Below are positions 14,088 through 26,920 of a stretch of DNA of 64,000 bases, piece by piece (within the stretch, counting starts at the first letter, position 1; the number at the start of each line of letters is the position of its first letter). The DNA comes from Paraspadella gotoi (lineage: Eukaryota > Animalia > Chaetognatha): NCBI GenBank assembly GCA_051294375.1, contig CM119264.1, forward strand, positions 6,609,238 to 6,673,237, read 5' to 3'. The translations under genes and the position numbers were made by a program. The notes under the pieces were generated by a model, which ran no database searches, had not been told where the DNA came from, and was given only the letters and a program-made list of their open reading frames with translations.

Positions 14088-15562
14088 ACAAGTCACAACT
14101 GAAAGTGTCATGATTCTAGGCGGGGTGAACCTCGTCAATGCCCGACTACATATATTCTGTTTTTTCGAACTTGATTGGCGAGACTCCAGAGAGTACCTTC
14201 GGCTTTTCTAAATGAACGTTACAATTCTTCATCAAAAAAGTCTTTTGTCACATTTTCTAAAACTCTAAAAGCAATGCCGACCAGTTTCTGGATTGTCTCT
14301 CTGTTTAACCGAAGGAATCAGAAATCAAATAACCACCGTCGTCGCTGCGGGCGAAGAAAACCATCGAGAGTCAAAACTCGGCTTTGCGGCATAAATTGCA
14401 GCATCTGCTGCAGCATCGAATGCGGCGAGGGTTCGACCTCAGCGAGGGCAGCATCAAACAGAGCGCCGCCTCGACCCCACGTGACGCCGGAAGAGAAAAC
14501 CTCTAAAAGCCGAAAGGAGAAAAAGCGAAGGTTTTCATTTTCAAAGTCGCGAGATTAAAAATTATTCTGGTCTATTTACTTCTATACAAACTATAAAAAT
14601 CGTATTGTCTTTACGAATATCTCCTACAAGAATTGACGAAAATTAATTAAATCACCTTACAATATAAATCTATATTCCGGGCTTTTGCAACTTCTCCTGT
14701 GCGAGGGAAACGTGTAGACTGCAGATACAAATATGCTCGTCATCCTTGTGAAAAAAGTCATCACAAAGGCTCGTCCTCAGGTTTATTGATTTTTAAATTT
14801 GAGAAAATTCCAATAAAATATTTTATATTGGTAAAAAATTTTCAAATAGAGCTAAAAGTGTTTTCTTTCTTCTATTTTTTTTTTCAATCTTTCCTTCCTT
14901 ACTTACTAGTTTATATAATATGGGTTTTTCTATTTTATATATTTTCACCTGTTCCCATGTATCTGTATCTGTATAATTACAGATATATAAATGGCTATAA
15001 AGTTGATAAAAAAATTCATACTAAAAAATTACAAAAATTCATAACTTTTAACTAAACACTGACCTAAAAACTATACTATTAAAAAGTAAAAAACTATTAA
15101 AGTTGAAAGCGACACGAAAGTCGCCGAGTGCGGCCGAGAGAGAAGATGGCGTTAAAATCTCGGGTCAGAATTCGCTCTAAGTAAGAAGGCGCCATTTTTG
15201 AGAGCTCCTCTCCGAAATGGGGGATAAAAGGGCGCGAAAACAGATGCTGACATCTGGCGGGGCGAGGCGGCAGATAACCCGGCGTTTTATCTCCATTTAT
15301 CCGAGCTCCTTCGCGACGACGCCTGCCACGCCCCCCTTTTTTTTAGTGTGGCGCGATGTGCCACGCGGTCCCCCCCTAACGCCAGCCGGTTTTCGTGTGG
15401 CGAAAATCTGATATTTTTTCTATGTTCGTGAGTAATGATAATGATATACAGTGTGTCAAATATTGGAAATTAGATTAAGATTTTCAAAAACTGGAAACTT
15501 GGCTGAAATTCAAATACTTTTTTTTTTCAAAATGAAAGCCTGAGAGACAATGAGAAGAGGAG

Positions 15563-15613
<51 letters not shown>

Positions 15614-16042
15614 TAGTTTATCAGCTTTTGTTTTCGTGTTTGCGCCGGTTGAGGGTCGAGCGTCATCTATCTTTCCGGTTTCGAGAGACGCTCTCGAGAT
15701 GTCGTCGCCACGCGGACGAACTCGAGTTCAAAATGACGGACGAAGTTACGCGCGGTTTTTTTGTTTTTCGTCAACAAAGACGACGAAATATAGAAAGAGT
15801 TAAAAAACAATAGAATGATGTTTTTAAACGTGTTACTTTTGACACGAAAACGTTTTATCAAATTCGTTTATCGATGAGACTATTAACTATTAACTATTAA
15901 GTGTTAACTATTAACTATTAAATATTAACTATTAACTGAAGAAATGTTGCTGTCCAAGCAAAATCTTATCTAAACTTGTTATCGAAAACCCTTAATTTTT
16001 TGTTTCAGACATAAGTGATACCTTTTGAGAGAGATGAATGAG

Positions 16043-16073
<31 letters not shown>

Positions 16074-17690
16074 AGAGAGAAGAGAGAGAGAGGAGAGAGA
16101 GAGACATACTGTCGTCGGCCATAACGCCTCAACCGCCATCGATAACCAACAGAGAGAAACATAACCGTTTTACTTCTCCATCGGCCTTCTCTTCCTCCTC
16201 TTCCTCCTCATACCTTTCGGTAGCCTNNNNNNNNNNNNNNNNNNNNNNNNNAGAGAGAAGAGAGAGAGAGGAGGGAGAGAGAGAGAGACGAGGAGAGATG
16301 TAGAGAGGGAGAGAGAGAGAGAGAGAGACGAGAGAGGGAGGGAGAGAGATGGGAGAGGAAAGAGAGAGAAGAGGTGAGAGAGGAGAAGAGAGAGAAAGAG
16401 AAAGAGAGAGAGAGAAGAGAGAGAGGGAGGGAGGAAGAGAAGAGAGGGAGAGAGGGAGAGAGAGAGAGAGATGAGAGAGAGAGCAGAGAGAGAGGCGGGA
16501 GGGAGAGAAGAGAAACGGAGAGGAGACGAGTGGGCAGAGGAGGAGCGGAGATATTGGGGCGACAAGAGCGTGACAAGCAACATGTCATAGAACCGACAGT
16601 TTATGCGGTCATTATCATTTTTTTTCGTCATTGAATCCCCAAAAGAGTTATCCCCCCCCCCAACTGAACCACCCCCCCCCCCTTCCATCGCCAGTCGCCG
16701 AGCTTTAAACGGATTCTCACTTCCTTCCATGCCAGCAGAGGCGGAAACACACCGCCGACCCGCCGCCGCCGCTTCCGCAGGCCGCATGAGGCCGCTGTTA
16801 TTACATACCTCCTTACCTTCAAACCATGCCACTCACGTTGCCAACGGACTGGCGAACAAGAGGAGAAGAGAGAGACGAGACGACTGAGAGAGAGGAGAGA
16901 GAGATGAGGAGAGAGAGAGAGAGAGAGAGAGAGAAGAGAGAATGAGAGAGAGAGTCGAAGAGGTAACCCTGCTTCCATTCGAGATGGAGTTAATGGAGAT
17001 GGGTGAGTGGAGGGTAGGAAAAGGAAGAGGATGAGAGGAAGAAGGGTGAGGTCGAAAAGGAAAGGACCCGCTCCTGTCCCATTTTCCTCTGATCATCCGA
17101 TGTCAAACATTTTTTGTCGCCTCTTCTCAGACCTCACCTCCTATAGACCCGAAGATGGAAACCTCTTCGCAATGGGAAGAGAAAGGTTTCTCTTTCTCTT
17201 CTTCCTTTCTATTCTCCTTTTCTATTTTTTTCTTTTCGTTTCTTTTCTTTCTTTCTTTTTTTTTAACATTGAAAGGAAGAAAGAAGGGCCCGTCTTTTTC
17301 GTTTCTTTTTAAGCTACGAAAAAACATAGAAAATAAAAGAATCTTTTTTTCTCACAGAAAATGAGATTAAAAAAAGGAAGTGATTCTTTTTTCGTCGCTG
17401 TTGTTGTCGAGTTGCTCTTTTTTCGCCCCCCAATTTTTCCTTAATGAGAAAAGAGAGGAATGGAACGCTTCTCTTATAGAGAAGACGAGAGAAAAAGAGA
17501 GGGAACGTTTCTCTCTCTAATCTTTTCTTTTTAAAAGAAAAAAAAAAAGGAAAAAAAGCCCCTTTTTTTTCTTTTTTTTTTTTTGTTTCCCATTGGAGAT
17601 GAAGGTGGAAGGGAGATGCCGAGCTGAAAAGCCTCTGTCTGATGGATGGTGGCGAGTGTTAATTATACTCGCTATAGCTGAGCTTCTCAT

Positions 17691-17768
<78 letters not shown>

Positions 17769-17843
17769 CAGTGCTGCTTTTGTTGCGGTCTCTGCGCTCT
17801 CTCTTCCCCTGCAAAAATATTTTGAATAACTCGACACAATTCG

Positions 17844-17933
<90 letters not shown>

Positions 17934-20014
17934 TCTTTTGTTCTGATTATCAGTTTTAATGCCCGCCTTCTTTCGCCCGTATTTCTTCTTCCATCTCAAA
18001 ACTGGATGAGCCTTTTGTTTAATGCGATGATTCGACGTCGAGTGGCGCTCGTAATTTTTCAATTTACTCCTAAAACGAATGAGCATCGATAAAAATTCCA
18101 TTCACGAGTTAATTTACGATCGTTTCGCTGCCATTTCCTCATCACTCTGCATGAAAAAAAACGGTTAAAAAAGGACACGCTCGTTTTTAATGACGTTTTA
18201 CAAAAGCAACTTAATCTAATATACATATTGTAGTAAGTTATTTTATTACACTCATTTGGATTTGCGTGATCAAGTATTAAAGATTTACTTATCTCTGCCT
18301 TTAAATTTTTAATGCACGTTTTCCTTTATGCTACATTTTTTATAGCGAGCAAATGACTGTTAAAAGTGTTGCTCGTTTTTCATCGTAATCGAATAGTATT
18401 TGTTTTCAGTCTATAAATATAAAGATTTTTTTTGCTTTATCCATTTCAGAAAATCCTAAGTAAATTGTCTTGTGGAAAGGATCATAACTGATAAGTTTAT
18501 AATGATAGCACGTGAGTTATTTCCACTTTCCATACGTTCAACACCTGACGAGGTTGCGAAGTAAAAAAAGGTTTACTGTTCGTAACCTTTCCCTCTCGCG
18601 CGAGTCAAAAAATCCCGCGGAGAAAGAAAAAGTTTCTCGTTATGGACGTTTGGAGACGAAGTCGCGACTCCTGATCCCTGAAATGGGGACCTCTTTCGGG
18701 AGCGAGGTGAGCAGGGGAAGTGAGAGAGAAGCGACGGAGATGCGCCGTAAGGACAAGAGGAGCACAGGTTTACAGGGAAGAGGAAAAGGGATAGAAACCG
18801 AGAAGGGGAGCAAAGCCGATGAAAATAAGAAGGGAATGGGCGGAAGTGTGCAGAAAACGGATTACTAGAGCAGGAGGAGGAGCAGAAATGGAGAAGTAGA
18901 GCGATGGAGGAAACAAAGACGAAGGGTCGGAGCGAAAATATGGTTACAAACTTAAAATATAAAAAAAAGAACCAGAAGCGAAGAATAAATCAGGACAGAG
19001 ATAGAGAGAAGCAAGTAAGTAAAGAAGATAAACTACGCCGATCGGAGAAAAGAGAGAGAGAGAAAGGAAAGATGCGACGAAGCAGCTTCGGCGCGGCGAC
19101 GGAGAGTGGCGGCTGCCGCTGCGAATGGCGGAATGCCGAATATATATAAACGGTTTTACGACCTTTCCTAGTAATGCCAATCATTAACGGATACTGTAAA
19201 AAGCCTTTGCAATTACGACGAGCGAATGGATTGCCTACCGACTTCAATGAAAATAGCGAAGACTGCGACTTCATGGAAATTTCGCAATTCATCTCCGATT
19301 GCCTTAATCACAAGGTCACGCTTGACAGAGAGTCGTCAGAGCGTTGGCGAATAAGCTTGTACTCTTCAAACTATCACCTTATAAAATATTAGCTAAATCA
19401 GGCCGAAGAGAGGGAATAAAAATATGACTCACAGTAAGTTCTTAGGCAAAATTTTAAATGTTAAATGGGTTTGGGAGAAGGATGAATAACGAATTTGATT
19501 TGCAATAACGCGAAAATATTTAGAGTGAGTGTAATGCAGCGCAATAGGACGAATGTACTATAAAAAGTACTTAAACTTTACTGTGAAGAATAAATATTAC
19601 ATACCGGACCATTAGAGATATTTAAGTGAGTTACAGTATTTCATTTGAAGGAAAATTAAGTCTCTTGTTTTTTGGTGGGAATATCGATCGCGTAGCGAAT
19701 GGCTTAAATCGCTGCGTATGAGGGGAAAAAAATTTGCGCGTGACGGCCCGCGCGAGGTTTTGTCATAAATCACAATTTCACATAAGAGCATCGTAATCTG
19801 GAAAGTTGGCCTCTTTTTTTTCACAGATGTGTCAAGAAAAGATTTTTCTCTGAAATTCTTTTTCTCTTTTCTTGCGAAAAAAATCCCTTTTTTAAGTTAT
19901 TTATGCTATTTGTAATACAAATTACCATAGTAAAGATTGTGACAAATACACACTGACTTTTCTCTTCTGACTGAATCTTAATGAATCCAATTGCCACTTC
20001 TTTTCTATTAAATA

Positions 20015-20246
20015 CATATATGTGGATAAGGCGCTACGTGGGCTGAAGATGACTGTCCGTAACTTCTATAACCCCTCTAGCAGCCATGGAACGGTCCCTG
20101 GGCTTGGAACCAGGCTTGAGGGTTTGCCATGTCCCCAAGGCGGCTTACGGCCGTCCTCACGCTTCCACAGTGGAGTACCGGGTTGGGATTGAACCGTACC
20201 TAGTGGTCATGAGCTGATGGCTTTTACTCAATGAGCCACCGGGTCC
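20015..20246 (-). mobile_element. tRNA-derived SINE-like element (same locus in the second duplicated copy)
   Basis: Same sequence as 13850-14087 with 1-bp deletions. Confidence 0.6.
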
Positions 20247-21710
20247 AAAGTCACAACTGAAAGTGTCATGATTCTAGGCGGGGTGAACCTCGTCAATGCC
20301 CGACTACATATATTCTGTTTTTTTCGAACTTGATTGGCGAGACTCCAGAGAGTACCTTCGGCTTTTCAAAATGAACGTTACAATTCTTCATCAAAAAAGT
20401 CTTTTGTCACATTTTCTAAAACTCTAAAAGCAATGCCGACCAGTTTCTGGATTGTCTCTCTGTTTAACCGAAGGAATCAGAAATCAAATAACCACCGTCG
20501 TCGCTGCGGGCGAAGAAACCATCGAGAGTCAAAACTCGGCTTTGCGGCATAAATTGCAGCATCTGCTGCAGCATCGAATGCGGCGAGGGTTCGACCTCAG
20601 CGAGGGCAGCATCAAACAGAGCGCCGCCTCGACCCCACGTGACGCCGGAAGAGAAAACCTCTAAAAGCCGAAAGGAGAAAAAGCGAAGGTTTTCATTTTC
20701 AAAGTCGCGAGATTAAAAATTATTCTGGTCTATTTACTTCTATACAAACTATAAAAATCGTATTGTCTTTACGAATACTCCTACAAGAATTGACGAAAAT
20801 TAATTAAATCACCTTACAATATAAATCTATTATTCCGGGCTTTTTGCAACTTCTCCTGTGCGATGGAAACGTGTAGACTGCAGATACAAATATGCTCGTT
20901 CATCCTTGTGAAAAAAGTCATCACAAAGGCTCGTCCTCAGGTTTATTGATTTTTAAATTTGAGAAAATTCCAATAAAAATATTTAATTGGTAAAAAATTT
21001 TCAAATAGAGCTAAAAGTGTTTTCTTTCTTCTATTTTTTTTTTCAATCTTTCCTTCCTTACTTACTAGTTTATATAATATGGGTTTTTCTATTTTATATA
21101 TTTTCACCTGTTCCCATGTATCTGTATCTGTATAATTACAGATATATAAATGGCTATAAAGTTGATAAAAAAATTCATACTAAAAAATTACAAAAATTCA
21201 TAACTTTTAACTAAACACTGACCAAAAACTATTACTATTAAAAAGTAAAAAACTATTAAAGTTGAAAGCGACACAAAGTCGCCGAGTGCGGCCGAGAGAG
21301 AAGATTGGCGTTAAAATCTCGGGTCAGAATTCGCTCTAATAAGAAGGCGCCATTTTTGAGAGCTCCTCTCCGAAATGGGGGATAAAAGGGCGCGAAAACA
21401 GATGCTGACATCTGGCGGGGCGAGGCGGCAGATAACCCGGCGTTTTATCTCCATTTATCCGAGCTCCTTCGCGACGACGCCTGCCACGCCCCTTTTTTTT
21501 TAGTGTGGCGCGATGTGCCACGCGGTCCCCCCCTAACGCCAGCCGGTTTTCGTGTGGCGAAAATCTGATATTTTTTCTATGTTCGTGAGTAATGATAATG
21601 ATATACAGTGTGTCAAATATTGGAAATTAGATTAAGATTTCAAAAACTGGAAACTTGGCTGAAATTCAAATACTTTTTTTTTTCAAAATGAAAGCCTGAG
21701 AGACAATGAG

Positions 21711-21804
<94 letters not shown>

Positions 21805-22257
21805 GAGCCCTTAGTTTATCAGCTTTTGTTTTCGTGTTTGCGCCGGTTGAGGTCGAGCGTCATCTATCTTTCCCGGTTTCGAGAGACGACTCTCGAGATG
21901 TCGTCGCCACGCGGACGAACTCGAGTTCAAAATGACGGACGAAGTTACGCGCGGTTTTTTGTTTTTCGTCAACAAAGACGACGAAATATAGAAAGAGTTA
22001 AAAAACAATAGAATGATGTTTTTAAACGTGTTACTTTTGACACGAAACGTTTTATCAAATTCGTTTATCGATGAGACTATTAACTATTAACTTATAGTGT
22101 TAACTATTAACTATTAAATATTAACTATTAACTGAAGAAATGTTGCTGTCCAAGCAAAATCTTATCTAAATTTGTTATACGAAAACCCTTAATTTTTTGT
22201 TTCAGACAAAGTGATACCTTTTGAGAGAGAGAGATGAGGAGGAGAGAGAGAGACGAG

Positions 22258-22299
<42 letters not shown>

Positions 22300-22760
22300 C
22301 ATTACTTCGTCGGCCCATAACGCCTCAACCGCCATCGATAACCAACAGAGAGAACATAACCGTTTTACTTCTCCATCGGCCTTCTCTTCCTCCTCTTCCT
22401 CCTCATACCTTTCGGTAGCCTCACCCCCCCTCCCTCCCCTCACCCTCGCCTCTCCACTGTCGTAAGTCACACCTGGAGGCCGTAGCCAATAACCCCACCC
22501 CCCTTCGCTCTTTGACACGCCTCCCAATTATTCACCGACTTTGGACACCAATCTCTGAGTTGCAGTTCGGCAATCGACTTCTTCGAGAGCGAGTCTATTG
22601 GCAGACGAGAGGAGACAAGGAATGGAGCATGAAGCAAGATAACCGCCTTGTCTAATAGGGTGGAGTGATGAAAAGATTGAGCGATGGAACAATGTTTTTT
22701 TGCTGCCTTTGTATATGTAATAAAAAATAATTAAGCCCTTTCTAAAAAAAAATTGCATAT

Positions 22761-23164
22761 CAATATCATTAATTGAATTTTTTTATAGTAATATCCTTAT
22801 AAAATCATAAAATTTCAAAATCATATTTTCTTAATTTTAAGAACAGTTTTGGATTCGCCGGAAAAAACTGAAAAACTTTTGCAAATTATGTTACATGATA
22901 TTTTTAAGTTAAAGCTGCAAAAAATGACCAAAATGTTTCATCATATAATAGTTTCTACTACAAAGTGTAAAAAAGTGGAGAATTTGACCTTTTTTTCTAT
23001 TTTAGATGCTGAAGACATTAAAATTTTTAATAACATATTTTATATTTTTTATCTAACTTTTTATGAAGAATCAGAATGTTTAATAAAAATTTTTAAAAAA
23101 TTATTTTGAAAATTTATGATTTTATAAAAATATTACTATAAATATATTGTAATTAATGATACTG
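22761..23164. mobile_element. AT-rich MITE-like element with ~60 bp imperfect TIRs
   Basis: Left end caatatcattaattgaatttttttatagtaatatccttataaaatcataaaatttcaaaat matches the reverse complement of the right end, cagtatcattaattacaatatatttatagtaatatttttataaaatcataaattttcaaaat. No clear TSD. Confidence 0.7.
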
Positions 23165-24490
23165 TTCCCAAAACAATATAAACAAAATATTTTTTGTACT
23201 CCTTAATCATACTATCTCATGTCTAAATATCCTTTTTGATTACTCAAATAAAATTTATGTTCCCCAGTGCTCCACTCTATTGTCTAATCCAGGCAGACAT
23301 TCATAACTCTTTGAACTGAAAAATTCCGAGGCTAAAATCTAACGTTTAAAATTCTCAGTCATTACTCGGACATGAGCCTGGTATTGCAGGTGGCGCTTCT
23401 AGATATATCTCTCTCTATATGTATAGATATATAGATAATTAAATGTTAAAAAATAAGGTAATCATGCATTTGCCGTAGCTTTAAATCCACTGCTGAGTCT
23501 ATTTGTTGTCGTAAAATGATCAAAATTCATTCTTTATATTTTACCGCTTCATGCAAATGAGAGTACGGATAAAAATCTCGAAGGTCCAGTTTAAGTCTGA
23601 AAAGTTTTAGTCCAAAAGCGATGGACGACTGATAGAAAACGTTTCCGTTTCGAATATCAATCGTCAGACGCTCGACTTCATTTTTTTTTTCTCTTTTTCT
23701 TCTTTCTTTCCTCCCTTTTTTCCCCCTTTCCTTTTCTTTCGACCTTACCTTTCTCCCTTTGCTTTCTCATATCCTTTTCCCCTTTTTTTCTTCTTCACAA
23801 GACAAACTCGATAATTTCCGACTCTCGATCGAGTTTCCTTCGAAGGAGAGGTGAGGCGTGAGTCGGGCGAGAGGTAAGTTTTCCGATGGGAAAGGTTCGG
23901 GAGGGGGGCGAGGGAAGGCGAGGAAAGAAAAAAAACCTCCTTCGTCAAAAGGAAAAGCTGACCTCAGCGATTGTTTAGGTAATAAGAGTCTATGGACTCT
24001 CTTATATCTCGGCCGAGGGAAGGGGCCCAATATATATAGGGCCCTTGGGAGGAAAATGGGTAAGAGAGTCGATGAGGGTCGGTCAGTACGTTGTCTCACC
24101 TTCACCGACTTACCTTTACTCTCTTCTTCTCAAACACGCGAAATCCGGGAAGACATCAGTGACAAAACCATTTTATTTCCTCAATTTATCCATTCGGCTC
24201 AAAACCTTTCTTTTTTACCACTGACATTCGCCTCTTGTCATTGCGGATCGCCTGATGACCACCCGTTAGGACCCGCTTGTCCCTCTATTCTATCACATTC
24301 CTAACCTTCTTCTATACAATAAAAAGCATTTCTGAACCTTACCCAAAGGAGCGTTATCCACCGTTTCCTGGAACCAGAGTCCGAGCTGCAATCCACAACC
24401 TGGGCACCGTAATAGCGACGCCGCCCCACGACGCCGCAGCCGCTGAAGCCGCCGCCGTCGCCGCCACCGCTGCCGCTCCCGACGGCTCAT

Positions 24491-24644
24491 TAGGGTGTGC
24501 CAAATTTCTCAAGTTTGAAATATCTCAAAAAACATCTAACACAATTTGTGGAGGCCTAAAAAAATAGGTTTCCACCAATCGCCATTCAAATTGCTTCAAC
24601 ACCCTTAGCGCTACCGGCGCTTGAAGGATTTTTGGCACACCTTG
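24491..24644. mobile_element. ~150 bp MITE-like element, Tc1/mariner-type termini
   Basis: tagggtgtgccaaatttctcaag ... cttgaaggatttttggcacaccttg; inferred consensus TIR CAGGGTGTGCCAAA. TA TSD not intact. Confidence 0.55.
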
Positions 24645-24909
24645 CATATCATAATTCATTGTGTCTAAACTAAGAGAGATTTTAGCGTCCACTCTCATCA
24701 AACAACTGAAGAAATGTATTAAATTTATTCATGTTAAATTTCAAGTGTCAACTACATCTCTGAGCTTAACAACAGCACCAGCAATATGCTGGAGATGGGA
24801 GTAGCCATTATGTCGAAGACTATAGCTTCTGACATAGTTGGGAACCACCAATGTTTTACAAAATTTTATTGACAATTAGTAGCTCCAAATAAAAAAATTA
24901 ACTGTTTTC

Positions 24910-25650
24910 AAAAATATTGGTGTAGCTACATCCTGGAGGATTTTTTCTGTACAATATTTAAACTAGTAAAAATATATTCTAATACTTATTCATTATTATT
25001 AATTATAACATTAATAAATGAAGTAGCATATGATAAGAAAGTTTGGTAAATTTTATTTGATTGATGCACTACTTCAGAAGGTAGCCTCTTTTGAAAGATC
25101 AAAAAAATTTTTTTTTCACATGCTATTAATCTGAAAAAAAATAAAAATTATTTATTCAAAAATACATTTATTAGTTGCCTAAACATACTAGGCTCAATTT
25201 TTTATCAGTACAATTTGAGTAAGAGTCTCCACAGACTTTCTGGAGACTTCCTCCATATGTTGGAGGATTTGGACGAAACGTTGGAGTTAAAAAATCTGCA
25301 ATAAAAGGCATTTACATTTATTCAGGAACGCAATTTCGTTTGAAAAGCTAAAGCCCTAAAAGCATTTACATTTTTGATCAAGGTGCGCTCACATTTTTAT
25401 CGATTATATTTGCACAGACTGCTTGAAGGGTGAATAATCTTTATAAAATCTGCGCCTCTACCACTATTTATGTACTTTAATCGATTCAAACAATGCTGCA
25501 TGATGCACTGATATTTTTGATTAGGGTGCGCTCACATTTTCATGGATTATCTTTGCACAGACTGCTTGTAGGGTGAATAATATTTATACAATCTACGCCT
25601 CTACCACTATTTATGTAATTTAATCGATTCAAACAATGCTGAATAAGATA
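24910..25650 (+). repeat. Dispersed repeat with internal ~143 bp tandem units (25381-25645); inverted copy at 33515-34493
   Basis: ggtgcgctcacattt...gcctctaccactat...ttcaaacaatgctg occurs twice in tandem. 24911-25007, 25300-25416 and 25530-25648 match the reverse complement of the islands between gaps at 33515-34493. Confidence 0.8.
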
Positions 25651-26309
25651 AAAAATGAATTATTACTAATAATATAATCTTATAAAACAACCGCAACTGA
25701 ATCCATTACTAAAAACGTGACATCAGTGACAAGCACCGTATTTAAATCAAAAGTAATTTTCTATCTGCCTTTCTCTTTCTCACTTAAACTCAAACCTGAG
25801 AGTCCACCCCCAGGGCCTTGTATCTTTTGTCGGGGATTGATTATTAAAATTCGCCTATATAGTTCCATTCCAGAACTTTAAATGTAAAATTTCATGAAAT
25901 TTGATCAGGAACAGATTCTGATCACAAAAAAGAGGTACCTCATTTTATAATATGAAGCCTTCTGTTCATTCCGAATTTTAGTACAAATTGTCAGACAAAG
26001 TCCTGTCATAACATTTAAGTAAGTAGACAAGGATTTCCAGGCGAAACCAAAGTGGATTTTATTCTTCATAAAAACAGACAGAGAAAGATGGTGTCAATTT
26101 TCGACCGAGTGAATCACGTTCAATCAGAGCGGAGGCACTGGAAAACTTTGCAGATGGATTGAAGCCCATTTGACCTTTGGCCGGTACAATTGCTGGCTCG
26201 ACCAATGAGAGAGTTCCATTTAGCTTCCAATTCCACGTTCATGATTCCTCTGCAATGATGAGATGATAGGAAATCATTGATCGGAAAACGTTTAAAAAAT
26301 GCTATGAAT

Positions 26310-26465
26310 CAATAAAATGAAATGAAATGAATTGAATTAAATAAATTTGAATGAAATGAATTTAATAAAATGAGTTGAATGAAATGAATTGAATGAAATG
26401 AATTGAATGAAATGAATTGTATGAAATGAAATGAATGAATAAATGAATTTAATGAATGAATTAAA
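26310..26465. repeat. (AATGA/AATTG)n pentamer-type simple repeat
   Basis: gaatgaaatgaattgaatgaaatgaatt repeated. Confidence 0.85.
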
Positions 26466-26574
26466 TTTAAATCTATTTAATTATAAAAAGCTGATTTACA
26501 ATGGTAAAATGATAACACTGCAATTATTAACGTTACGCAGCGTGGATCCTCAATGCCAAGAGGGCTCCGCCCCT

Positions 26575-26760
26575 GCCATTGCATCACTCAAGCGTAACAA
26601 GGCAATCATGGTTCATCCCGCGGACAAGGGAAGAGCTGCGGTAGTCATGGACGCCCAAGACTACAAAGAAAAAGTTCGCAAAATGATGGCAGATAGGAAA
26701 ACCTACCATCTCCTATCTAAGGATCCGACTCTAGCTTAGCGAAAAGATTAGCCAAACGGA
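26575..26760 (+). pseudogene. Penelope-like element reverse transcriptase N-terminal fragment (DKG motif)
   Basis: AIASLKRNKAIMVHPADKGRAAVVMDAQDYKEKVRKMMADRKTYHLLSKDPT fits the PLE pattern L..L.....I.I.PADKG...VVMD..DY..K....L.D..TY..L..DPT. DKG starts at 26623. TAG stop at 26737-39, and no RT core follows. Confidence 0.85.
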
Positions 26761-26885
26761 AAACTGGCCACAGATAAAATTGGCTAAACTTATTGAAACG
26801 AGGTGAAACATCTTAACAGAGAGAGAGAGAGAAAGAAAGAGAAAAGTCCAGTCGCTGCAGAGCTGAACTCGTTTTTAGACGAATT

Positions 26886-26920
<35 letters not shown>

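Larger units (their letters stand above)
10352..22421 (+). repeat. ~6.2 kb tandem duplication (10352-16226 and ~16530-22421; probable false duplication)
   Basis: Colinear and near-identical, with differences mostly small indels. Both copies end in catacctttcggtagcct, and a 25-N gap (16227-16251) separates them. Confidence 0.9.

Noticed and set aside
23374-23390. cctggtattgcag, resembling the U2 snRNA 3' region
   Set aside because: Only 13 nt match and the flanks do not continue the similarity.
23635-23672. Minus-strand CTGACGA...GAAAC hammerhead-like match
   Set aside because: Helix II is only 2 bp and there is no helix I.
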